Part shown: piece by piece, positions 50,684 through 62,759 of the stretch
Layout: every line of letters starts with the position of its first letter
How positions within the stretch are numbered: the stretch's first letter is position 1
Made by a program: the position numbers and the translations under genes
Notes under the pieces: model-generated
Databases searched by the model: none
Told to the model about the DNA's origin: nothing
The model's input: the letters and a program-made list of their open reading frames with translations, nothing else
Assembly (NCBI GenBank): GCA_050575255.1
Contig: JBNZDD010013542.1
Location: 590,955 to 654,954, forward strand
DNA length: 64,000 bases
Origin: Harriotta raleighana
Lineage: Eukaryota
Direction of reading: 5' to 3'

Positions 50684-53600
50684 TAACGTGTTCCAGGTAA
50701 GTACTTACTGGGTAAAGAGGAACATCCTGGTATTGCTCCTGAAATTGCTCTTTGCAAATCTAAACCCAGGTCTTGTTTTACTGTATGGTGGTTCCTAAAC
50801 TATTGTTCTGGGTTGTTTGACTTTTTGAGGGAGTCTCTCTTCTGGTGGCTTACTTCTCAGAGAAATCTAACAGCGCAAATGTACTGAAGAATAAGCAAAT
50901 GTATGCGGGCTGGAAGTTTCTTTCATGTTTTTGTCATATATGCTGCGTTCTTATTGTAACACTGTTGATGTACCCCACCCACACTACTCACTGTAACACT
51001 CTCACATACCCTGCACCTCTCGTTTTATTGAGGTGGTAATTGAAATGCTAGTTTCAGAAATCCTCTGGCACTACAGATTGCCACTGTTCAGTAAGAGCTG
51101 AAAGGCTATTCAATAATTATGGATGTGAAAGAATTACTGCTGAGCCCCATCCTGTTCTCATCCTCTCTCTGTGCACTGACGGAATTTTCATCAGGGATCA
51201 CTAGTTTTCATAGGAACTCTTGCTGATTCACTCCCCTTTCAGACCCTCATTACACTTTACAGCAAAGCCTGTGAAGTAGTTTGAGACATTCTCCTGATTA
51301 TGTCTAATTCAAGGATTATTATTTACCTGCAAAACCTATGGGCTGTTTGCTTCCAGTGGCTGGACTGGAGGTGCTAGTGTATGTATTAACCTCTGAGAAT
51401 TCTCCTCAACTTGCCCACTAGCATCCCATTGCACTCTCTCCCAAGTCGTTCTATTGCTTCCAGGAACCACAGTCACCAGAGACAAACTGATGAGATATCT
51501 GCCCTGGGTAGTGACTAATGGACTCACCCTGTTATGTCTTGTAATGTATAAAAATGCAATCTGATTGGAACTATGAACGAATTAAAATGTAATAGTGCAT
51601 CGATAAAACATTAACAAAGGAGAGAAACAAGCAGAACAAAGGCACAAAAGTAGCATTTTCCAGTTAGTTTGCCTGAACATCCTGACATTTTCCTAGAATT
51701 CCTCTCACAATGAAATACTTTACAATATGATACTATGTGTAACATTTCTGTTCTGAAATTCTGTTTCTTCAATTTGTTTTATTTTTCCCCCCCCAATTCT
51801 TTTTTTCTCTTGTCTCTCTCTCATTCAAGAACAAAATAGGGAATCTTTAGCCTGTTTGAACTTTATTTGCCACCCTCCACAGACATGGGTATATCGCATT
51901 ACCATAAAATGCTCATTTGTCTTACAGTAACTTAAACAGCTGACATAAAAGCGATTAAGTAATCAGTGATACTGAGGGAAAAATGCCTTGCTCAGTCATT
52001 ACAAGATATTATCCCAACTGTGAGGGAGTCTGCCGATTGCCGACTCCCACTTGGTTTTCATGCCTTGTGAAATATTGGGATTGCCTCAGGCTACAAGCAC
52101 ACAATACAAGAATTTTCTTTTTATGACTATCACGGCTAAAATCTATCATGAGAAATACAATTTTTTTTAATATGCAACTTTATCGACCTTGAAACAGCTA
52201 TTAGTTTTTTTTGTGTAAGGCATAATAGATACTTGCAGTACAGTCTCAAAACACAGCACCAAGATGATTCCTTTTCTTTGCTGTGTCACTCTGAGTTTGC
52301 TCATTATAATTAGCTCACATTAACTTTCAGGTTGATGATTACCAAGCCAAACGCTGGGTTGATGGTTTGAAGTATTGAAATCCCCAAATAAAAAAAATCT
52401 TTTGTATGAGTCTGGAGACATTATGAAAGCTACCAGTTTACTTTCCTATGACTAGGTTTGATGTATTTTACCTCGCCTTCTTAAGATAAACAAGAACTAA
52501 CCTATTCAACACTATCTTTTGATGCCATATAATTACCATATTGTTCGATGACTTGGAATGTACAGCTTCATGAGCTACTAAAGCCAGGTAATATAAATTT
52601 ATAGAAATTACCATGTAATTTCCAGACAGAGTAACTACAGGACAATAGATGTTTGGCAATGAATTACAAGACAGTACTTCAACTGAGTGGCTCTAATGAT
52701 GCTATAAAGCAGTGAGACGGAACCTGGAATATCTTGGGCACTGGCAGAGCCCAGATACTGATATTGTTTTTATATTACAAGTTTGCTAGCGGAGCCAAGC
52801 CCAGCTGTGCCAGCAACTCGTAATGAAAAGCATCTGAAGTTTCTGGCATTAAACGTATTGGACCTTTTCTGATATTTGATCTCTTTTTACCTGTGCAGAG
52901 TTGTTCTGTCGCAGGAAGAAAAGGGTCAATACCAATGTAAAACAATTCAGTGAGGTTTCTCGCGTGCATATGAACACTGAAGTTAATTTGCTTAATGCAT
53001 TCATGGGATTTAAAACAAAAAGCCTTCATCACTATTATATAAATAATGGTAGTGGAACCAGGGAAAAGCCTGGGAGAATAGTTACCGAATTTTCAGATCT
53101 CTCGTGTTGTACTACTTTTTTCAGTGAAGCACATTTTTGCTTTGACACTTTGATGGATGTTATAAATTTACATGGAAATTCAAATCGAGTATTTAGACCA
53201 TTTTACTGAATTATTCCATATTTTCTGTAAAGGTTTTCAGGTGTTTTTATATGTTTCAGTCAGTGGAAACCAGCCAATGAAGCTCATTACAGAATTACAC
53301 TTAGAGGATCTATGCTTTGCATTTTGTTCAATAGGAGTTATCTAACCTCCGTTGGTGATGCAGACAGACAGCTATCTATCAGCAGCAGAAAGCCCTGCAG
53401 CAGTACTGACTGCTCGTCTGTTTATGGCATTTGATAGAGTGATAATATCAACCTCCACAAATGTGGATTTGCAGCTTACATCCCATTCCTTGATGGGGCA
53501 ATGGGAGTTTCTGTGGCTCCGTTGTGTATGGGAAGCTCAGCAGGCAATGGGAAGTTTCAGACTAAACTCAAACATTTTGAGAGTTTGATATGTGGAACTC

Positions 53601-55394
53601 ATTGCCATGTTAGGAATCCAGGTCTCACTCTGTTTGACATTGTCAGAATGTTTCCTTTCTACAGGAAGAATAAGAGACCAGCCAGAACTTGAGCCTCAAT
53701 CAGTGTTTCAGGAAGTGGGCAGGAATGTGGGTGGGGGGGGGGAGTAGACGGACTATAACACCAATGTCTGAACAATATGATGTGTCCTTTTGAAAGTTAT
53801 TCTGGCCTTTCACAACATGCAAGATATAGATGAAAAAGAGAGACACATAGAAAATGAAGGAGACTTAGAGCAAGACACTAGGATTGAACGAAAGATGAGG
53901 AGTGAAAGACAGAAAGACTCAAGAATGAGCAAGTGGAAGATGAGAAGAATCACACACACAAAATAAGATTATACCTCTCGACAAAACATGAGTAACACTG
54001 GCATAGACTCTCAAATGGATCACAGATGGAAACATTTGCTGATGAGGAAGAAAAGAAAAAGTGACAGATAGACACACTGTGCTGGTTAATTGGATACAGG
54101 AAGCAGATTGGGTGGTCAATGTTGGAAAGTTATTCCACCTCAGGACTTGTCAGGGCGGTGAAGAGATCTCATCAGTCCAGCCCAGTGATCGTTTATAGTG
54201 CGCGTACCTGCACATCTGCTCCAACCTCAGGGGCTGAAATGTATCCCACCTTGGTGTAGAGCAAGAACTGAATGTACAAAGCCTACTAATCAAACTCAGA
54301 TTTTCCCAGCAAATAAAAGAAAATGTTTCTTTCTTTTTCAGTGCGCACTTTTTCTGTCAGGTCACCGAGACTCAGATACAAAGCATTCAGAGGCCGCCAC
54401 TTACATTTTCTAAGAGCAGACCTCGATTCCCCAGATATTCACATTCCGACTCTCAAGTTGTCGATCAGAGAGGTGGCAGAATTAGGCTGCGCGGAATGAA
54501 TGCTACACTACACTGGCTAGCATTGGCTCTGATCTATTGGAACAGTGTATCCCTCACCTGAGAGGTCAGTGCAGGAGGGGGGAAAAAAAATCATCTGCTG
54601 TTCTTCCACTTAACTATTGAGAAATACTGTATTCTTGGAAAGCGCAATTAGACTTTTGGTGAGGACGTGAGTGAGTTCATAGAAACAGAAACAGGTGTAG
54701 GCCATTCAGCTCCTCAAACCTGTTCCTCCATTCTGTAAGATCATGGCTGATCTGTGCCTCAAATGCAATTACCCACCCTTGCTCCGTATCCAATAATAAT
54801 AATAATAATAATCCTTGCATTTTGATATAGCGCTTTCCACATCTTATCGATATCTCAAAGCGCTTCACAGAATAGATTGTAAAGTGAATTGACTGTATGT
54901 TTCCAAATGTCAGGCTGGATTATATAAGAGGGTGGGAGCGAAAATACAAAAAAATCTGAATGTTCTCTAAGAATATACTTGCAAAAATTAAATTAAAATG
55001 CTAGAAGTCTGTACTACCACATAAAGTGTCTCAAATCTGCAACATGATTATCAGCAATGTTTGCGAGCCCATTATATTCCTGCATATTAAAGTAAGTTGC
55101 TGATCAGATCTCAACTGAAGTACTGTATTATGTCTTTTGGAACGTTCCTCTGAGGAAGGACATACCAGCTGTGAAGGAAATCCTACGATAATTCATTAGA
55201 TGCTACTTGGGATGCAAGGACATAAATATGATGAGGTTATTAGGTTATATTCGTGAGATCTGATGAGTGATCTGACTGCTAAACTAATAATCCTTGCATT
55301 TGATAAAGTGCCCTATCATGTCAAAATATCTTGGAGCTTCACTCGATTTAAGGTGAGATGTACAAAATAATGGGATAATAGTTACCTTCTATAT

Positions 55395-55707
55395 AGGGCT
55401 GACTAGGGGAGTGCTGCACTGTCACAATGCCACCCTCTGGATGAGACATTAGACTGAGGTTGTGTTGGCCTGTTCAGGTCTATGCTTGAAGATCTCATGG
55501 CACTATTTGAAAAGAGGGAATATTCTTCTAGTACCAACAATTAGCCAACAATCCCTCAGATACAATTGATGGGTGATTGAGAGACATTGCGTGCAAACCG
55601 GGCTACTGGGTACATATACTAATAAACAATCACTACACCTTAAATCGAGTGAAGCTCCGAGATATTTTGAAGTGATAGGGCACTTTATCAAACGCAAGGA
55701 TTATTAC
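55395..55707 (+). mobile_element. Old DeuSINE-like element
   Basis: gggagtgctgcactgtc..ggatgagacatt..gatctcatggcactatttgaa followed by the shared tail. Confidence 0.7.
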
Positions 55708-57119
55708 TTTACTCTTTAAGGCTTGGGAGTCTTGTATAAACACTCAGTTTGCACGTTGTTCATCTAAAAAATGTTTTAATGCTCAGGATCTTTGAATAAG
55801 GAAATTAGCAGTTCAGCAAATATAGGATACAAACAGCTAATTTCCATGTAAGACACAAGCAGCCTGTTGTGCCAGTTCACTGTTGTGCCCATTTCTCCTG
55901 TTTAAAGCAACGACGTAGGAATCAAACATTCACAGAGCCTAAAGTGTCAGAATTGTACAAATTGCCAGAGCAGCAGAATAGGGAAACAGTCAGGTCCTGT
56001 CCACAAGTTAATGTTTGGTGTTGGGGGAGGGGTGATCAATCCACTTCTCACACATGTATCCTACGTAAAGCATGAACTTTGCTGCCACGAATCAGAAGCA
56101 AAGGACATGAGGCAGAGAGGGGTCTGCACTTGCGAGGCCTTTGTTTATGTTTCTCTTCAATTTCCACACGAAGGATGCATTGTAAGATTTTAAGGGTGTC
56201 TTTCAATGATTCATGGCCTAACTGAAATCAGGACCTCTGTGCGGGGTAATATAATCTCTTAAGGTTATGTTTCAAGAATCACAACTTTTTGAAATGTTAC
56301 TGAATGAGTCACTTTATGTTATGTGGGTTTGTTATAAAACAGCAAATTCCATTGCCTGGTAAATTCACAACACCACATATCTTGTGTGGATGCCAGTGTC
56401 AGCTCCTGTGAGTACATTACACACTGGGTAAAAGAGAATCAATCATTGGGTTCTATACTGTACTCTTTATATGTATATTAATGTGAGTGCCAGTAGGCAC
56501 ATAACACGTTTGATAGAAGGCAATACAATGGAATTCCATTGTATTTGAGGAAGGAGAACATAAATCTCATCCCACGTTAAAGAGGCATCGTGACAGCTGG
56601 TCGCATTTCCACATTCTATGTGAGAGGCTGGCTAGTTCACTTCCTTCGCTGATGCGTTGCTTGGGAAGTGATTTTGACAACCTGGACGCTGCCATTTTCT
56701 GCACAGGCTTCACATACCTGCAGTGAAAGAGTGAGTCCGCAATTCAATGAAACAAATAGAACCTGTATCTTAACGGGTTTCACTATAATTCATTTCCATT
56801 ATTACCAGCAGTGGCTAATAAGACGAGATGAATACAATCATTCAAAAAGGAACTGGATTAGCTACTGAGTAATGAAAGGATTAAGGAGAAAATGGTTTGT
56901 GTCAATCAGCTGGGATTGACACAAACACAATGGGAAAGTTTCTATATTTAAATGTCGGAACTCCCTCCAGTCCCCCCACCGCAAAACTCTAGCCTTTAGT
57001 CAAAGAACTGTTTTCTCTGAACCCTAATATAGTATCAATAGCCTTTTGAAGATAGGAATTAAAACACTGTCCTTTGCAATCCAAATAGGAGAAACAACCA
57101 TATTATATACTCAGAAGGA

Positions 57120-57386
57120 GGAGTCATGTAGCTCAATGGTTAGAGACCTGGGTTTGATTCCCAGCAAGGCGAAACCGTAGTCAAATTTTCTTACTCCACT
57201 CATATAATAATCCCTCAAGAAAAAAAATTGAAATTGATCACTTCAAACCATGACTTTTGTAGGACACATCTATACGCAATTTTCATCCACAAATATAGAG
57301 TCGATTCACTTTATTCAGTAGGTAAAGCATTTTGAGACATCTCGAAGATGTGAAAAGCGCTATATCAATTGCAAGGATTATTATTA
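57120..57386 (+). mobile_element. tRNA-derived SINE, short subfamily
   Basis: Head, body and tail match, with internal deletions. Confidence 0.85.
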
Positions 57387-60300
57387 TAAATATATCATAG
57401 AAATTACATCATAGAAAGAGCCCATTGAGTAAAATCTGGTGTTAGCTTCTCCACTAGAGCTAACTACTCTAACCCCAAATTTCTGGCTCTATTCCAGTAA
57501 TATTTACTTCCTCTTCAAATAGACAGAATAGTGTGAGACTGCCTCATGAAGATACAAAATATTTCACCCTGTAAGGAGCAAGATGCATTAATAATGTAGG
57601 ACTTAAATATTACCATTATCACTAAACTAGCGATGGCAGAAATGAAGCAACACTATTCCAATCTGATGGGACCCAATGAATAAATTAATACAATATCCAG
57701 ACCTTGTTCTGTACAATTCCCACAGTTCCATCAGAAATATAGTCAAGGGAACCATCTCCCACCACTATAACTACAAATAGATAATCCTTAATCTAACAAC
57801 TGCCTACTTTAAAATCAACAAAATATTTCACGTAAATCACCTCAAATTCCTTTACAATTAGGTATTTTCTGTGTTTTCTCTCCCCTTCCAGAAGCATATG
57901 CAGGACTGAAACCCCATCCTGCTCAAGTCTTGATACCTGGCCCTACACATGAAAGTTTCTCATTTCGAATTGAATTCAAACACCCACCCTGGGATGATTT
58001 TGCTGGAAATACAGTATAGTAAATCTGTGTGATACGGTTTACCTACAAAAGACAATACAGCTTATCTTTCAGACCACTTCCTGACGTGATAGCGGCTTTT
58101 TCAACTGTAAGGATTATTATTATTATTGTTAGCAGCCTTCAGGAAAGATTTTCCATTGGAACAACAAGATTACATTTATAAAGCGCCTTTCACGTTGGAA
58201 GTGCACAATCAAGTATTTTTCGCTCTTTCTGTACAGGACGGATCAACCAGTGCAGTCCCTTGCTTGTGGGCGCTGGGTGAGAAATAGTATAGGGAAGGAG
58301 TGGGAAGGTTATCCTGTATGTATCCTGTCCATACTGTATCTGATCTGTGAGTGCTGGACAGACATAGTACAGGACAACTTTACTCTGCCTCTAATGTGTG
58401 GTGTACCTGTCCTCGAAGTACTAATACTGACACTAAAAACTCTTTGAAGAGAATAAAACATATAACATAAAATAGGTCTCCACATCAACAAATTCATCCG
58501 ATGAAAGCGTCACAACCTGTAATGGACCCACATTAAGTAATCAAATCAATGACAAGTCTGAGTCACAGTTCACAGGTCCCTGCGCTGGACCCAGGCATGT
58601 TTGTTTGCTGCATTTTGGATTCTATCACTCTTTTGCGACTAAAGTTCCACCCCACCCCATTAAATAACCTGTTCCCCATTTCCTCTTCATTTTATTTGCT
58701 TGAACAGGTCAGGGCTGTGTTTCCTTTCTGCAATGGAATAGGAAAGAGATGCCAATAGCAGCTTCCTGGATACACAATCCTGACTCTCCCTGGCTTTTGT
58801 TTGCAAAACCTTTTGGGAATGATGCATGTGGCAGAGATGATAAGAAAGGTAACTTGGCCTTCACTTCCTAACATAACACTTGAACGATGCATTGGGGAGT
58901 CTGGGATTCTCAAATCTGTATATCATTTTGCCTAGGAAAGGAGGTAAAAATTAAGTTCTCATTGTGACCGGTTTTCCTGAACCCCACCTAAACCTTTACT
59001 GATTTCAAATCCACTTCCCTCACACTGTCAGAGTTTTATAACTCAGGGTTATGCATTACTGAATGTACTAAATTCCATCTCAATTTGGTTTTTAGGACAA
59101 CAATAACAAATTACATTTGTATAATGCCTCTCACTGGAGGATATCGCAATTAAGACATAGAATTAAAAATTGCAATTTGTGGAAAAAAGTCAGTGTTAAT
59201 ATAAAAATCAAGAACTGAGGTTTTAAAAACTGTAAACATCTGTAAACTAATTAATCTGACAAAATGAAACTGAAGTATTTTTCATAATTCGGTGTGACTT
59301 TAAATTTTAAAAGAAAATGGTCTTGCAGAGTATCTACACAAGATTAAAATTTGGTAGTATTTCTACTGATATTATTTGTGTTACCCCACTGTTGGGCTCA
59401 ATATTTCTTTCAATTCAAGATAGGTGTTAATCCGTCTTGGTTTGTAGCACTCTTACCTCACCTGATGTGAAAGGCGCAATGCAAATGTAACTTGTTGTTG
59501 TTGTGGAGGCAGAAAGATATGGGATTATTCCCCATGTAGTCTCTGAGGTCACAGTCTATGGTGACGCTATAGTCACCCACTCCAGTTGGAGATGTTGACA
59601 TTAGAAATCCCATGCCTCTTTATGAAAATAAAAGGGAATGTCTCCTAATGTCCTGGCGGTTTGTGGGATATTACTGTGTGAAAATTGGCTGCTGTTTTTA
59701 CCTACAAAATACACAGTCGCTACACTTTACACTAAGTCCCATGAAACATTGGCGTCATCTTGCTAACGTGATAAAATCATATATCAAATACGAGATAGTT
59801 GGTACAGACACGATAGGACGAATGGCCTCCTTCTATGCCGAATAATTCTATGAATGGTTATTATCCTAATTATAGAAAAAGGAGAGAGTCCAAAGTGTAA
59901 GAAGAGAACACTAAAAATGGGATTGGAGAGTCTGTGATTGAGAAGAGGTTGATGCTTTCTCGGACTCTCTTGGGAAGAATTGTTGAGCCCAGCAGTGGAA
60001 GCTGGATTAATGTTAGATTTCTGAAGTAATAAAAAACATACTGTAAAACCACAGCTGGTCAATCAGCATCTGAGAGAGAGAAATACTTAATTTGGGGAGT
60101 TTGAAGAGTCAGAATGGACACTTTAATAGTTCTTTCTCCTTTAGGATACTGATTTGACTCGCCATGAATTTCCGGCATTTGTTTTTATTGAACGGCTCCA
60201 TCCTTCAATAGAAATAATGATAAAAATGATTGGTTTGGGCTCCAGCTATTAAAGCTACTGTCTGTGCCTTGCATGTTAACTTCTGTCTTATCCTTGAAGC

Positions 60301-60822
60301 CTTGTCATGTTTCAGACCCATGAGAACCTTGGCAAGCTATTGGACACCTGATCTGTTTAAACTCCATTAATAGTCAGTAAGTTACAGCTGAGATGTATCC
60401 CAATCAAGCCAAGAACTTTCCACCAATCGGTATGAAATAGAATCCGTCTCTGAATCCGACCTGGTGCTTAAAATTCCGCATTTGCTGTAACAAGTCTAAC
60501 GATTTTTTTTCCTCGTCTCGAACAGTCATTAATTCAGTGTTTCCAACATCTGGACTCCACATGTGCATTGCCACCCATACTTGATTTAACACTGAATTTA
60601 AGTCATTCAGTACCCCACCCCCCATCATTATTATGCTTTTTGCATGAAGAGTGCAACGTAAATGTGGTCAGCCCGCACTGATCTCCACAGATACCAGTCT
60701 CTTCACCCACAGAGACCAGTCTCTTCACCACAGACACCGATCTCCACAAATACAGCCAATATCAGTCTCTTCACCAACAACAAGGAATCATACCAGGGCA
60801 ATGGGCAAGCTTTAGTGCATTA

Positions 60823-61403
60823 CAATAAAAGCCTGTTTATCCGGCACCCACGGGACCTGGCCAGTGGCAGTTAAATGGTTTTCTGGTTGAACTTTAAAAA
60901 ATATATATATTTAAAATTATTTGAACACATCCCATATTAATAATAGACTAAATAATAACAGATGATAATAGAATATTGTATGGTAAATGTTGTACCACAT
61001 AAATAATAGACTAAATACAATATCAGATACTGTAATAACAGAATATTGCATGGCTACTTTATTGTAAATGTTGAACAATACTATATAAATAATAGACTAA
61101 ATATCTAATAACAGATACTATAATAACAGACTATTGTATTTGTACTTTATTATTTATACTTAACTTCTGCAATGGAAGGAAAACAAAATGGCAACGCGAC
61201 TTTTTTTTAAAATGGCAGGAGTGAGTTTAGGCTCGACTAGCGGCCAGCCGAAACACCTGCACCAGTACTTGCATGCAACAATTGATTCATTAAATGCATC
61301 ATTACTATTCTGCCAGATAACTTCCGGTTTATCGAATCAGGGCTTTTTTTTGAGGTTCCGGTTCAACGAATTTTCCGGTTCATCGAGTCATGGGCTTTTA
61401 CTG
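60823..61403. mobile_element. Tigger-like MITE (same family as 25056-25540)
   Basis: TA|caataaaagcctgtttatccgg ... gggcttttactg|TA. Confidence 0.85.
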
Positions 61404-62183
61404 TATTCAGGCTTCAACAGGCTTTTACTGTATTATGAACAAAAACTCAGAATTCCATCACATTCCTGCAACCGCCTACCTTTACCTGGCCTTGTTGTAT
61501 GTATGCACATCACAAAAATACACACATTGCACTGATGTGTACAGAACACTGAATTATTAAAGATAAAGTAAGATATCTGTCTGACTTTTTAATGAACATA
61601 CTATATTTTGGTACGAAAGTGAAAATCCACAGTCACATTTCCTTAAGACAATCGTGAGCAGCAACTGTTGCTGAATAAAAAATAATACAAACGCAGTACA
61701 TCTGTTTAGTCTGTGGTTAGAGTAAACATCTGCATGTGGCGCTGGGAAAACTAAAATAGTGTGTGTAGAGGGGTATCTATCATGCTCTGATAGCTGAAAA
61801 TACTGACTTTTCATTATGTCTTTAAAGTACTCCATAAGCTCAATCATTCTCCGAAAGCTTCAATTGATAGTTGATGTAGTTTTCTGTAACTCATATTTTT
61901 TTCCTGCACCAAGCTCTGCAATGGCTGCTAACAACACAGCGGATCAATTTTACGATCCTTATTCTGATCTCCAACCTCACGATCTTCGCTACCTCGGCAT
62001 TCCAGCCGAATCCCATTTTTCTAACAAACGGTCTGACTCTCATTCGCCGCTCTTTCATCAATCGCTCCATCCAACCATTGATGACCAAGCAGTAAGCCCC
62101 TGTGCCTCCAAACTCTTTCCCTTTTATTTTCATTCCCCGTATTTTCTCACATTTGGTCCTCAGTTCATTTAACTCTAACCATC

Positions 62184-62477
62184 CGCCTTGCAAGCGAGAG
62201 GCCCCGGGTTTCATTCCCGCCCGGGACGAAATGTAAGGCACGTTTCCTTACTCCACAAGCCTCTGTTTACCTGGCAATAAGTAGGAAACTGGTTGTTAGT
62301 TGATTGGCGGATCGCTTTCTGGGGATAATAATCCCTCAAAAATAAAAAAAGTAATGCATTTTGCCCACAAAATAAACAAGTCACTTCACTTTCTGTATAT
62401 TTTGAGAAACTCTTTGAGACAACGTCTGAACGAAATGGTAAGGGCCTGTATCAAATGCAAGGAATATTATTCTTATT
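62184..62477 (+). mobile_element. tRNA-derived SINE, long subfamily
   Basis: gtttccttactccacaagcctctgtttacctggcaataagtagg..ggggataataatccc plus tail. Confidence 0.85.
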
Positions 62478-62711
62478 CACACTTTCCATGTATTAAGAGG
62501 GAGTGCATGAAGTACCTAATAAAGTGAGGGGAAGGGAAGAATATACGTTTTAATATTGGGAGAACATCCACAATATCATCATTTATGTAAGTGCCCTCCA
62601 CACAGCGCAGCATCTCAGATATATGAAACCTATGTATGATTTGAAATCTACACATGAGATTTTGAGGTCTGAAATTGTATTGATTGTATTAATTTCAAAT
62701 GCTGGCTTTAC

Positions 62712-62759
62712 CTTCTCCATCTTCGTCATCTGGGAACATTGGTGGAGGGAAGTCCTCAT
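62712..62759 (-). CDS. SKAP1: SKAP-family adaptor, short acidic linker exon ((D)EDFPPPMFPDDEDGE-G)
   Basis: 48-nt exon with acceptor ttttcttcctttcag| and donor G|gtaaag. Phase 1 at both ends, and it joins in frame (G+GA=Gly) to the SH3 exon at 48513. Size and position match the short acidic exon preceding the SH3 in SKAP1. Confidence 0.8.
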
